From NCBI RefSeq assembly GCF_001194135.2, contig NC_068991.1:14804187-14850490 (forward strand): a stretch of DNA of 46,304 nt, read 5' to 3'. This DNA comes from Octopus bimaculoides. Taxonomy: Eukaryota. The notes beneath the pieces are model-generated. The model was not told where the DNA came from. It saw only the letters and a program-made list of their open reading frames with translations, and did no database searches. Below, piece after piece: positions 34,262-46,304 of this stretch (position 1 is the first letter of the stretch; each line of letters starts with the position of its first letter). A program made the translations under genes and the position numbers.

Positions 34262-35547
34262 GCTTATATATGTGCGAATATGTGTATCCAGTTATAAGCA
34301 TATGTATGCAAACATTGTATGCATATATGTACTTATGTATATATGTATGTATGTATGTTTGTATGTATGTATGTATGTATGTATGTATGTATGTATGTAG
34401 GGATGTGAGAGTGTGTATGCATGCGCACATATAGATAGATAGATAGATAGATAGATAAAACTTACTAGGAAGAGAATGTGTGGCGTTCAATCACATAATA
34501 NNNNNNNNNNNNNNNNNNNNNNNNNNNNNNNNNNNNNNNNNNNNNNNNNNNNNNNNNNNNNNNNNNNNNNNNNNNNNNNNNNNNNNNNNNNNNNNNNNNN
34601 NNNNNNNNNNNNNNNNNNNNNNNNNNNNNNNNNNNNNNNNNNNNNNNNNNNNNNNNNNNNNNNNNNNNNNNNNNNNNNNNNNNNNNNNNNNNNNNNNNNN
34701 NNNNNNNNNNNNNNNNNNNNNNNNNNNNNNNNNNNNNNNNNNNNNNNNNNNNNNNNNNNNNNNNNNNNNNNNNNNNNNNNNNNNNNNNNNNNNNNNNNNN
34801 NNNNNNNNNNNNNNNNNNNNNNNNNNNNNNNNNNNNNNNNNNNNNNNNNNNNNNNNNNNNNNNNNNNNNNNNNNNNNNNNNNNNNNNNNNNNNNNNNNNN
34901 NNNNNNNNNNNNNNNNNNNNNNNNNNNNNNNNNNNNNNNNNNNNNNNNNNNNNNNNNNNNNNNNNNNNNNNNNNNNNNNNNNNNNNNNNNNNNNNNNNNN
35001 NNNNNNNNNNNNNNNNNNNNNNNNNNNNNNNNNNNNNNNNNNNNNNNNNNNNNNNNNNNNNNNNNNNNNNNNNNNNNNNNNNNNNNNNNNNNNNNNNNNN
35101 NNNNNNNNNNNNNNNNNNNNNNNNNNNNNNNNNNNNNNNNNNNNNNNNNNNNNNNNNNNNNNNNNNNNNNNNNNNNNNNNNNNNNNNNNNNNNNNNNNNN
35201 NNNNNNNNNNNNNNNNNNNNNNNNNNNNNNNNNNNATATATATATATATATATATATAATCCAAGAGAGTTAGGGGTTGAGGATCCAACATACTAAGGGA
35301 TAATATCTATCCAATATACTGCTGAGAGGGTACCCAATTATTGTTACACGAGTGTTATACCAAGTGTAATAAGCGGGAATATGAGGTACTCATCAACTTG
35401 CAGACACTGTATTCCGTTGATTAATCTGTTTATTTTATAACTAAATTGACGAAAACCACAATATACAGACACTTATGACATACCATGTCATATCAACAAT
35501 TAAGATTTCAAATTTAAAGGACATTTAGCAATTGGAGAAGGGACAAA

Positions 35548-35568
35548 ATCTTACAGCTGTTTCGGCTG
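35548..35568 (-). ncRNA. 3' half of a minimal HHR (5' half lost at a microsatellite)
   Basis: Minus strand: CAGCC-GAA-ACAGCTGT-A-AGA (palindromic stem III, GUA triplet); no CUGANGA upstream. Confidence 0.4.
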
Positions 35569-35674
35569 TAAATGTATATATATATTTATATATGTATTAT
35601 ATATGTATGTTTGTATATATATGTATGTACGTGTATATATATATACATATACATATACACACACACATATATAT

Positions 35675-36048
35675 ATATAAAATACAAAATTGAGACAAGA
35701 ACGCAAAACATCCAGACAGTTAGGTAATACAAAAAAGGGACAACAAAACAACCAGACAGACGATACAAAGAAAACAAGGACGAGTATTTGTGTACCATTT
35801 CTCCGTTTTTTTCGTCCTTGTTTTCGTATACATTCGCTGCTTTCTTCCAAGGAATCTAGTGCTCTTAGCTTAGTTTTTCCTTGGGGCTGACCAGATTGGA
35901 GCAATCTCGAGTATAACCAGCCGAAATTGCAAAGATAATCTGGAACTCGACTGAGGAAAGAAAACTTCAAATGACCCGTCCTTGATTTCTTTGTATCGTC
36001 TGTCTGAATGTTTTGCTTTCTTGTCCCATTTTTGTATTTTTTATATAT
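35675..36048. mobile_element. Nested palindromic repeat (PLE-terminal-like; same family as 2030-2200)
   Basis: 35675-35785 is inverted at 35970-36048, with a ~40-bp tandem duplication in the left arm; inner perfect 14-bp inverted repeat gaaaacaaggacga (35770-35783) / tcgtccttgttttc (35812-35825). Confidence 0.75.
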
Positions 36049-36427
36049 AAAAATATAGCGGCGTACGTACACTTTGGTTTCTTGTATATATATATATATA
36101 TAGATATATATAGATATATATATTAGAAGGTTTGGAGGTAATGTACAGGTATTATATATTAGAAAAAATAATACGGTACTCAGATATCTGGATGGTTGTA
36201 CATTTACAGATTTTTATTAATGTCACATGTTTTTTATAAATCATATATAATTAGCGCTTGCACCTATTCTAGTAGATTCTCCAGATTAAATTTTTCTTGA
36301 GAGGAGTTGTCTCTTTTTATAGTATTATTGTATGTGAAGGGGTGGAGAGAGATACATAGGATAGTAAAAGAGGGTGAGGAATGGGGAGAAAGTGAGAGAG
36401 AGTGTGTGTGTGTTTTTGTTGTTGTTG

Positions 36428-36465
<38 letters not shown>

Positions 36466-36474
36466 AAGGATTTC

Positions 36475-37135
36475 CTCATTGTTCCTGTCCACTAAATTCA
36501 TCTCATGATATATTGGTTAGCTCAATGCTATCGTAGAAGATACTTACCTAAGGCACCGCATAATGGGATTGGACATAGAACAAAAAACGTATGTCCTCAA
36601 AATGATCTTCTTAGCCATCAATCTACGTCCATGCCTCGACGTTATCATCTATTTTTAATTATAATCTTCTCTGTATATATTTAGCTTTTTATCGTTTATT
36701 TTTATGTAATATTATAAATATTAATTTATCCTTATCCGTGTTTAGTTATTAATTATTTAAAGGGATAATCTGCTTTATTATCATTATCTTTATTTGTATT
36801 GTCATTACTAGTTCATTATATATACATACATATATGTGCATGTGTATATAGATATATATACACATACATATACCTATATAAATATAAATATGTATAATGT
36901 GTGTGTTTGTCTGTACACACGTATATTTATATTATATGTATATGCTGTGCTTGTCAGCAAGGGGNNNNNNNNNNTCTGGTACTGTTTCTGCTAACTAAAT
37001 TTCGTTCAGAATGCATATATGTACCTAAGAGTATATGAATAAAAGGAGAATTTCCTTCAAGGTGTCGCATAGTGGGATCGAACTTGAATCTGTATGCCTG
37101 TAAAATCAGTATTTTCTTAATCACACCGCAAGGCC
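36475..37135 (-). mobile_element. Two very degenerate SINE family A relics (36475-36620 and 37040-37135)
   Basis: gctatcgtagaagatacttacctaaggcaccgcataatgggattg; and ccttcaaggtgtcgcatagtgggatcgaac...cttaatcacaccgc. Confidence 0.5.
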
Positions 37136-37600
37136 TTCATATTCTTGTAGCATAAAATTTTGCAAAAAAGAAAAAAAAAACGGTAAAGAAAAAGAACGTT
37201 TATGAAACTTTTGGTATAACACGTGACTGATCGTTCCAGACGTGCTTCTGAATTGAACCTGTTGTTAGTTTATAGAGAATATAAAATAAAGATATTCACT
37301 GGTCATTTTTTTCCTGTTGTACCTATTTTAAAAATGACTTCGATCAATAAGCTATATCATTTTGATATCAATACCAAAATTATTAACGACTCGAGAGCTG
37401 CATTGTAAATATATTTACTTAACGAACTAATCGATATTTCCGACCAAAACAATCTGTAAAACTCATTAGCATTCAGGTATTTTTGGATCCGCAATCAAAT
37501 TAATTCTGCTGAGATTGCAAACATAATAAGATTGTTAGTTGACGCATTGTTATTTGATGTTAAGACAATTTAATATCAATCGATGGTGTTAAATAATTAA

Positions 37601-37680
37601 TGCCGTCATAGATATATATCTAGTGACGTCATAGGTAGATAACTTGTGACGTCATAGATAAACAGCTGGTGACGTTAGCG
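37601..37680. promoter_or_regulatory. 23-bp-period tandem array of CRE-like sites (TGACGTCA)
   Basis: TGCCGTCA 37601, TGACGTCA 37624, TGACGTCA 37647, TGACGTTA 37670. Function is inferred from the motif only. Confidence 0.4.
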
Positions 37681-38441
37681 CTGAATATTTTGGTCAGTTG
37701 GTTTATACATACATACAGACATACATATATACGGACAGAGAAGAGAAACTGTGCACAGTTGTGGAAAAAGAGAACACCTTTGCTGAACTATTAAGAAATT
37801 TGCAGTTATTCAATCTAGATTAGAAGTTCAGGTTTATACCTGTAATTATTGGGGCCCTAGGATATATAACACACTGCTTAAATACCAATCTTGAGAATTT
37901 AGGTTTCTCAAAACCAGAAAGGAGAAAGTTAATTCGAAGGCTACAGATCGAATCTATCACTGGAACTGTAAAAATCTGTAAAACTTTCCAGAAGTTTATC
38001 ATTTAAATATATATGAGCATGTCTAGATATGTAGCTTTATGCATGAGAATACATACATAAAACATACAAATCTGCACATACAAACATACATACATGCATA
38101 CATACATACATACAAAAATACCCTGTTATTGATGTTGAAATTCCAATGAAGGAACGAAGAAATCCTGAACTAAAGTGAATAATAACAAACATACATACAT
38201 ACATACATACATACATACATACATACATACATGTGATTTGAACTTTCTATTCTCCATGCAAGTGGTGTAACTATATAACTGTATAGATGCCATAATTTGA
38301 CCAAATAACAGCTGTTCGCTTGTTTATACTTTTATTCTATTACGCCACACACACACATACAAACACACAAACGCACGCGCACACACACACACACGTACAC
38401 ACGCATGCACATACACATATCATTGCTGATATATATATCAT

Positions 38442-38515
38442 GTAAGACGATGAGCTGGCAGAATCGTTAGCACGCAGGGAAAAATGCTTGGCGGCATTTC
38501 GTCCGTCTTGATGTT
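38442..38515 (+). mobile_element. SINE family C head fragment
   Basis: gagctggcagaatcgttagcacgcagggaaaaatgcttggcggcatttcgtccgtc. Confidence 0.8.
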
Positions 38516-39079
38516 CGTCATAAGTGTCGAAAGCCTCTCCAGTTATTTCCATTCCTGTGAGATTAATGCGGCTGATGTTCACTCAGGACATCTGATCTTT
38601 GGCCGAAGAGGCCATCGTGTGAATATGACAGTAGAGAGATGACTAATTCGGCCGTTTGAGGTTACTATAGTGGAGTAGATGATTAAGATCGGAGTTTAAG
38701 ATCTTTGTAATAATTGAGAATATAAAGTATGACAACACAATAAGGATGATATGAGAAGAGAATTGTGTGTCGAGGGATAACCTGTGAGCTGTTTAAAGGA
38801 AGCGAGGAACGTTGTAGTAACTGTGAAACTATAAAATAAGCAGGCAATGTGAGAACACGTCACAGTCAATGTATTCCTAAGTAACTGCTTGCTGATCTGG
38901 CTTGTATTTTGGACATCTATCTCGCCACCCTCCGACCTAACTCGTATTCTGGATATCTCCCCCGCCAACAAATTTTCCATTTTGTCTGCTGGGACCATGA
39001 GGCAGTCTAACTTACGAGCAACCCTACGTTCCAGTCCGTAAATACTCAGATCCATTTTAAAACTTAACTCTGTAGACAT

Positions 39080-39295
39080 TGGTTTCAAATTCTGACGCCA
39101 ATCCTGCAATTTGAAGTGAAGTTAGTCGATTACATCGATCTCGGTCCTTGACTGGAACTATACTTTTATCAACTCTGATGGATTTAAAGGTAAATTTGAC
39201 CTGAGCGGAATTTGAACTCATACCGCAAAGAATCAGAAAAAATACCACTGACCATTTTGTCCGACGCGCAAACAGTTCTACCAACTCGCCACCTT
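39080..39295 (-). mobile_element. SINE family C, diverged
   Basis: ggtttcaaatt...gtcgattacatcgatc...tttatcaactc...aaaggtaaatttgacctgagcggaatttgaactca...ctaccaactcgccacctt. Confidence 0.8.
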
Positions 39296-39349
39296 AATAG
39301 CAATATAGGGCCACACACTTGATGGTGATAAAAAGGGAAAATAACCGAT

Positions 39350-39650
39350 TAGATTGTACCTCTTGAAAACGAAATAAAAACTGGAAAAATCGCAACAAGG
39401 TTCGTTGATTTTGTGTGTCTCAGTAGCTGGCAAGTTGCTTGACTACCTTTCAACTGCGGCATTAGAATAACGGTGAATTCCACCCGAGTCATAATTTGGT
39501 GCCAGTCCAAATAGAAGTTACATTTAACCATTGTCTACTTTTCTGTTTATAAAGAGAAACTCATAAAATTTGATTTGCATATCGATTTCATCAAGGCCTT
39601 TGATAAGGCTTATTGTGAAAGAGTGTAGAAGCCATTTGAACATTACGGAC
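39350..39650 (+). pseudogene. Highly degenerate RTE-like LINE RT fragment
   Basis: Plus frames: LSVAGKLL...IPPES*FGASPNRS...LHIDFIKAFDKAY...HYG, resembling RT motifs LSVAGK..., LPESQCGFR..RS and FIDF.KAFD. Confidence 0.7.
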
Positions 39651-40042
39651 ATATACGCAAACTAATATCATTAACACAAACACTTCGCAATGTAATGATA
39701 TCTATCTATTTACCTATCTATCTATCTATCTACCAATCTACATACCAGTCTGTCTACGTATTAATATATCTGTCTATAAACATATATATAGATATATGTA
39801 TGTATGTATGTACACACACATACACAGAGATACACACAAATATATACATTTAGATAGATAGATAGATAGATAGATACATACATACATACATACATACATA
39901 CATACATACATACATACATACATACATACATACAGACGTGTATTTACAAATGCATTCAGGTATATATGTAAGAAAAGATGTATATATGCATATATATATA
40001 AATACACATATATACATATGTATGTATGAGCATGTATATGCA

Positions 40043-40114
40043 TGCATTTCTGCATATATGCATATATGCATTTCTGCATATATGCATATATGCATTTCTG
40101 CATATATGCATATA
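40043..40114. repeat. 24-bp minisatellite x3 (tgcatttctgcatatatgcatata)
   Basis: Directly visible. Confidence 0.85.
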
Positions 40115-40414
40115 TGCATATCTATAAGTATATGCATACGTATATACATCTCTCTATATGTGATTCTGTGTGTAATAAAAAATAAAAATAAAAAGTCAAT
40201 GTGTGTTTGTGTGTGTGTGTTTGCGTGTGTGTTTGTGTATGTATGTGTGTATATAAATAGGTACATATAGATAGCTTGATAGACAGACAGAGATACATGT
40301 ATGCGTGCAGGTATATATGAATGTATACATGCACGTATGTGTGTATATATATATTTCTGTATGTACGTATGTGTGTGTCTATATATGTGTATGTATATGT
40401 ATGTGTATGTATAC

Positions 40415-40518
<104 letters not shown>

Positions 40519-40643
40519 ATATATGGATATATGCCTGTATATATTTATGCATATAAGTATATGCATAAGAATGTGCATGTATATTTATATATGTATTTAT
40601 AAATGGATATATATATGTATATATATACATATATATATATACA

Positions 40644-40681
<38 letters not shown>

Positions 40682-41498
40682 NNNNNNNNNNNNNNNNNNN
40701 NNNNNNNNNNNNNNNNNNNNNNNNNNNNNNNNNNNNNNNNNNNNNNNNNNNNNNNNNNNNNNNNNNNNNNNNNNNNNNNNNNNNNNNNNNNNNNNNNNNN
40801 NNNNNNNNNNNNNNNNNNNNNNNNNNNNNNNNNNNNNNNNNNNNNNNNNNNNNNNNNNNNNNNNNNNNNNNNNNNNNNNNNNNNNNNNNNNNNNNNNNNN
40901 NNNNNNNNNNNNNNNNNNNNNNNNNNNNNNNNNNNNNNNNNNNNNNNNNNNNNNNNNNNNNNNNNNNNNNNNNNNNNNNNNNNNNNNNNNNNNNNNNNNN
41001 NNNNNNNNNNNNNNNNNNNNNNNNNNNNNNNNNNNNNNNNNNNNNNNNNNNNNNNNNNNNNNNNNNNNNNNNNNNNNNNNNNNNNNNNNNNNNNNNNNNN
41101 NNNNNNNNNNNNNNNNNNNNNNNNNNNNNNNNNNNNNNNNNNNNNNNNNNNNNNNNNNNNNNNNNNNNNNNNNNNNNNNNNNNNNNNNNNNNNNNNNNNN
41201 NNNNNNNNNNNNNNNNNNNNNNNNNNNNNNNNNNNNNNNNNNNNNNNNNNNNNNNNNNNNNNNNNNNNNNNNNNNNNNNNNNNNNNNNNNNNNNNNNNNN
41301 NNNNNNNNNNNNNNNNNNNNNNNNNNNNNNNNNNNNNNNNNNNNNNNNNNNNNNNNNNNNNNNNNNNNNNNNNNNNNNNNNNNNNNNNNNNNNNNNNNNN
41401 NNNNNNNNNNNNNNNNNNNNNNNNNNNNNNNNNNNNNNNNNNNNNNNNNNNNNNNNNNNNNNNNNNNNNNNNNNNNNNNNNNNNNNNNNNNNNNNNNN

Positions 41499-41543
<45 letters not shown>

Positions 41544-42083
41544 GTATATATATATATGTGTGTGTGTGTATATGTATATATTAATGCAAAAATTAAGAGG
41601 AGGTAAAAGAAGCAAACAGAATATTAGGTTTACTTTCATCAAAAATGGAAGGAAAAGTATTTTACGTTTGGAGCATAGCAAAAAAGATGAGGAGAGAAAT
41701 AATAGGGAGAGAAAAGTACTAGCGTTAGACAGTTACGGCAACACTGGAATGACCGGAAATGAAGGAGGTGGCTATAGGTATGATTGGCAGGAAGAACAAC
41801 TGAACGAGGTAACTTGGGGCGTGAATGGCAAGCGGGACAGCTGTGAACCTGGCATATGAGTATATGTGTTCAAGCGCGTTTGTGCGCATGAAGCTCATGT
41901 GTGGGTGTATACAGTGTGTTGATGCGTATATGCATGTGTGCTTGTGCACCAGTGTGTGTGAGCGTCCATGGATTTTGTCTGTGTGAGTGTATCAGGCTAA
42001 CGTATGCATGTGACCGCGACTACGTGATGTATGTGAGTACGTGCGAGCACACATTTGCGAATGAAGCTGCGTTTATGCGTATA

Positions 42084-42250
42084 CGAGGTCTGATCAATAA
42101 GTATCCGAACTGTTGCTATAGTAACGAAGCTAAAGCACGCAGAGTGAAGTCGCTTAGCAAGAGTTGACGGTGAGCTCTGCTGTGCACGCACATTAAGTTT
42201 CAACGTTCTAGCTCATTTTCGAGAAAGTTGTCGTGGTGATACCTGCTCAG
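42084..42250 (+). mobile_element. Mariner-type TIR and 5' end fragment (fourth family)
   Basis: TA-cgaggtctgatcaataagtatccgaac resembles the TA-CGAGG...AAAA TIR starts at 27042 and 45756; no partner TIR seen. Confidence 0.6.
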
Positions 42251-42264
42251 AAGCGTATATGTGT

Positions 42265-42368
42265 GTGCGTATATGAAGGCGGTGCGTATATGAAGGTGGT
42301 GCGTATATGAAGGCGGTGCGTATATGAAGGCGGTGCGTATATGAAGGTGGTGCGTATAAAATGTGCGG
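42265..42368. repeat. 17-bp minisatellite, 5 full units plus a partial (gtgcgtatatgaagg(c/t)g)
   Basis: Units start at 42265, 42282, 42299, 42316, 42333, with a partial at 42350. Confidence 0.95.
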
Positions 42369-42369
42369 T

Positions 42370-42830
42370 GGTTTTAGATTGTAATGAACTGAATTATGGA
42401 GAGAGAAAATACCATCTCCAGACGGAAACGTGAGGCCGGGTGGGTGCAGTGCAAGGTCAGTCTGAACGCAGACAGACGTTGCGGGGTATGACTTGACGAG
42501 CGGAAATGGCGTGAGACCAGGGTGTCATTTCTGATTCATATGTTTCGTAGGTGTTCAGCCAAACGGTCAGCCAGATGACAGCCAGTTTGGCCAACGTACA
42601 GAAAGTAGCAAAGAGAGAAGAGGATGCTGTTAATCAGATTACTGGAGGTGCAAGTGAAAGAATCGGTAACGTGGATGGAATGACGATTGCGGGAACCTGT
42701 GAAGACAGTGATGTTAGAGAAGAAAAAATAGGTGTAATATCGCAGGGGAGATGAAGGGAAGGAGCCGGGTTGAGTGCGGTGAGTGATGATATATGTGTTT
42801 GGTAATAAAAAAAAAAGATCCAAGGGGATC
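42370..42830 (-). pseudogene. Penelope-like element GIY-YIG endonuclease remnant
   Basis: VTDSFTCTSSNLINSILFSLCYFLYVGQTGCHLADRLAEHLRNI*IRNDTLVSRHFRSSSH...SRFRLE matches the PLE pattern FTC.S.NLIY.I.C..C...YVGQT.R.L..RF.EH.R.I. Confidence 0.85.
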
Positions 42831-44024
42831 ACAGCAAGTCTGCTTCGTTCAAATTTATATTTTATTGGCAAAGTGTAAAATGACTTCAGTTTGTTGGTTA
42901 GATAAGTATGGCCGAAGTTTCACTGAGTCAGTGGTCTTATAAACTAAGAACGACGTAAAAAAAAATTTCTCGCTTCTTGAAGAATAAATCTTCACCGAAG
43001 CGTCGGAAACTTCCCTTGTCAACGACATACGAACTTCAGTAGTTTTTCACGTATTTGTGGTGCTATTGTGCAATAGATTAGAATATAAGTGTATTTGTTT
43101 ACCGTGTATAGCTTTCTAATAATGTCGATGAATACAAAAACAATATTTTTTCAGAAAATGTCCATATTCTATTAGATTTTGCTAAACTAATTTTGGAAAT
43201 TCTGTTTCTAAAATCTAGTATATTATATTAAAGTATTTTTAGTATCACCTGTATTCTGCTAAATTTAGCATTATGTTGCCATTGTTACGTCAAGATATTC
43301 CTATTCTTACATCGATTTATAATAATAATAATAATAATTATTATTATTATTATTATTATTATTATTGTGATACACATACTTAGAAACTTTCAGTCAAATC
43401 GTATATATGACGCGATTAAAGTGTTTACTCTGTAGGGAGATTATAAATAGATTAATAAATTTATACTAAAATATGCTATACATTTTAGTTTGACGTTTTA
43501 TTGATTCAATAACAAGTCATCATGTCTTTGAAATTGTAATAACAATGAAACTATGATGCCATTTTAAAATTAATATTTGAAGATAAATTTAGAAGAGACT
43601 TTAGAAAATTGATTATTAGACATGAGAATTCTTTATCTGGTTTTTCATTTAGTTTTATATGTGAAGGATAACACGATCCTTGGTGCATAGAGAATTAAAA
43701 CGCTTTTTGGTTTTGGTTTTGGTTTTGTTTTGGGGTTTCTTCTTTTTTTTTTTCTCTACTTTTGTTTTTTTCAAGCCTCACTAGTCTTGGAATTTTGCAA
43801 TATTACCACTGTTTGAAAATTCGATCGCAGCGAAACATTGAAGTAACAGTTGTCTGTGTTAACAAAAAAATATGTATATATATATATATATTTATATACA
43901 TGATCANNNNNNNNNNNNNNNNNNNNNNNNNNNNNNNNNNNNNNNNNNNNNNNNNNNNNNNNNNNNNNNNNNNNNNNNNNNNNNNNNNNNNNNNNNNNNN
44001 NNNNNNNNNNNNNNNNNNNNNNNN

Positions 44025-44091
<67 letters not shown>

Positions 44092-44229
44092 GTGTGTGTA
44101 TATCTATCTATCTATATATATATATAAATTTAGCAAGTGGAGTAAAACGCATATGTTAAATGAATTATTTTATTTCTAACATATGTTTCGAAGATTACAA
44201 ATTATACCTTCCATAGGGATAGGTGAAGT

Positions 44230-45000
44230 ATGCTGTCTGAATGGTTGGTGAGCAATTCGGCGGTGGTTATAGTAGAGGTGAATGTAGAGATAGTGTTAGT
44301 GAAGGACCGGGAGTCAGACTTCAGAGCTGGTATCCATTTTAGTTCAGCAGAAGGTAGTTGCTATATCAAGCTTTAGCTTCTCGTTAAATCGCTGACCTAA
44401 AATGAATTTTGGACCAAGATTTAGTAGATACATCGCATTACGGTGTCAGCTAGATCTGTGACACGTGGTCTATTGTAATCAACAGTGGTAGACTAAAAGT
44501 TGTCATTGTTTGCGCTAGCTTCGCTAGTAAAGATCAAGGTTATTTTCATTGTTCTTGTTATATCAGCGACCTGTTGTTGGGGACGGTGTACCTGTAGAGT
44601 TTATGTAGGTTTTGGTGTCAGCGGTGCTGTTATGGGTTTTATAGTGACTGCGAAGGATGAATTGGTGCAGTAGTAATTATTTCGAATCCAACGAAATTTG
44701 TGTGCAAGATGTCTTTTATCCTAAACGACGCGTTTGTGGTTGCAGCCATTAATCTTACTGTGCAAATGTGATAGCGATGTTAGAAAGTCGTTTAAATTTA
44801 CTTTTAGAGCAGAGATTGATAATTTGTGTCGGTAACTTTGTGTATGGAGGTACCTTATGATCCTCTTCATGATGAAAATCGGAATAAACCTACGAGTAAT
44901 TTCAGAATTATCCACTTCGAAGTATTCATGAAGACGAATGTTCTTTGTAGCATTGGGTATGATGTCTTGGACAGAGTTTAAGGAGGTTAGTCTTGCGGTA
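44230..45000 (-). pseudogene. Penelope-like ORF, N-terminal (pre-RT) remnant
   Basis: Minus frames: ...FLTSLSHLHSKINGCNHKRVV*DKRHLAHKFRWIR... and RVTDLADTV.../LLNLGPKFILGQRF, matching the V.NLS...LL.LGPKF-type motif that precedes PLE RT. Confidence 0.6.
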
Positions 45001-45093
45001 GGCCTTGGCTGGTTTCTCCGATTTCGACAAAATCGAAGATTCAGACTGGCTCAGCAGTGGCGATAGCAGATTAGTATAGTTTTCATGGTGAAA

Positions 45094-45360
45094 GAGCGTG
45101 GCTTAGAGGTTAGGGTATTCGACTCACGATCGTAAGGTCATGAGTTCAATTCCCGGCAGCGCGTTGTGTCTTAGAGCAAGACACTTTACTTCACATTGCT
45201 CCAGCCCACTCAGCTGGCAAAAATGAGGTTCGGCAAAAGATGCCGATAGGATAAGAACCAGACCTAAAAACACATACAGGGGTTGAATTGTTAGACTAAA
45301 CCCTTCAAGGTGGTGCTACAGCATGGCCGCAGTTCAATACCTGAAACAAGTAAATGATAA
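45094..45360 (+). mobile_element. tRNA-headed SINE with family B tail (internal deletion or chimera)
   Basis: gcgtggcttagaggttagggtattcgactcacgatcgtaaggtcatgagttcaattcccggc head; junction aaaaatgag|gttcggcaaaag; tail ggtgctacagcatggccgcag...gaaacaagtaaatgataaaa. Confidence 0.85.
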
Positions 45361-45755
45361 AAAAAACAACTTTATAACGTAAGTCTCATTTTGATCTGAA
45401 CTATAATCTATAAAATACTAAAATTTAATATTCTGTTTCTCTGTATTTTTATTCGTTGTTTTTAGACTAAGCAATTTATTGTCATGTTAAAATTTTTTTG
45501 ACTTACTTTGTTATTTTGCGACTCAAAGGTAAAAGGCTTTTCTGCATGAAAAAAGTTTTAAGCGTCTTTGACAAATAGAAGATATTTTTTTCTAATATGT
45601 TATTGCTCTAACCCTTGTAAAAACGTTGTAGCGATTCGTGGATGAGAAATAAAAACGATAGAAAAACTGCGCTAGCATTCCCTACGCACACAACCACACA
45701 TAGACACTCACATTCGCGCATGCGCATGGGCATTCACATACAACTTTGAAATATA

Positions 45756-45972
45756 CGAGTGGTCGCAGAAAAGTTCTTGGCTTTATGGATATCGCGGAAG
45801 ATCTGGTCGGAGGCCCAAACTTCCGAGTTCTTTTACAGGGCTTAGGAAAACTGAAGAACCGCTACAGTAAGTATGTGAATTTGATTGGGTAATATCTTGA
45901 ATGAAATCTTAATTAACTGATCCTCCTCCATTTTGTTTTACACTAAGCCAGGAACCTTCCAGCGCCCTCTCA
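45756..45972 (+). mobile_element. ~217-bp mariner-derived MITE
   Basis: TIRs cgagtggtcgcagaaaagttcttggcttta and (reverse complement) tgagagggcgctggaaggttcctggctta after TA; the interior retains the transposase C-terminus WSEAQTSEFF / GLGKLKNRYSKYVNLIG*YLE*. Confidence 0.85.
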
Positions 45973-46304
45973 TGTGATTCATAGCAAAGACACACGCGCA
46001 TACACTTAGACACGCATACACATAGACACGCATACACATATACACACACGAAGACTTGCACACTCACACACACACACACACATGTGTATTTACATAGACG
46101 GACATAGTTCTTTAAAACACAAACACCTGATTCACTGACATATTTTTCTAAATCTCGCTCTATCCTTTCTGCTCTGTTTGTCTTTCTATTTCATTCTCCC
46201 TCTTATTCTCTCTCTCTCTCGTTTTCTCTTTCACTCTCTCACCCTCTCTCTCTCTCTCACACACACACACATACATGCACAAACACACACACACAAACAC
46301 ACAT

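Noticed and set aside
35260-36360. Further PLE-like pieces (35260-35420 with gaggtactcatcaa; 36130-36330)
   Set aside because: Suggestive only; no complete motif or peptide I can support.
38520-39109. 137-aa minus ORF, and a plus-frame LDIYLATLRPNSY...WDHEAV resembling a LINE endonuclease end
   Set aside because: Similarity too weak by eye in either direction; needs a translated HMM search.
41585-41860. Open stretch MQKLRGG...CEPGI after a gap
   Set aside because: No recognisable motif; more likely the untranslated part of a decayed retroelement.
42265-42368. CRISPR-like array
   Set aside because: Contiguous tandem units with no spacers, in eukaryotic repeat context; no cas genes.

Overview
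AT-rich, gappy (17 N-gaps, ~6.5 kb) animal non-coding DNA saturated with microsatellites and decayed transposons. The repeat repertoire looks cephalopod (Octopus-like); this is my recognition, not a search result. No intact host CDS, true tRNA/rRNA gene or CRISPR array is supported, and most listed ORFs are microsatellite or N artefacts. Recognisable elements: an ORF1-only L1/Tx1-like remnant with a zinc knuckle; CR1-group and RTE-like reverse transcriptase fragments; five distinct mariner-derived elements (near full-length, internally deleted, fragments, MITE); about 20 tRNA-derived SINE copies in several families; and two Penelope-like (PLE) ORF remnants (GIY-YIG and N-terminal). The most interesting signal is a set of small type I hammerhead ribozyme (HHR) motifs. 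Three unrelated HHR families cluster within 2.4 kb (11.4-13.8 kb). Two of them sit in foldback palindromes (one with an exact 13-bp target-site duplication) and one has a compensatory G3-C8 core swap. Further decayed HHR relics lie at 39-71, 35548-35568, 42974-43008 and 44173-44220. All structures were assigned by eye; none was folded computationally or tested.
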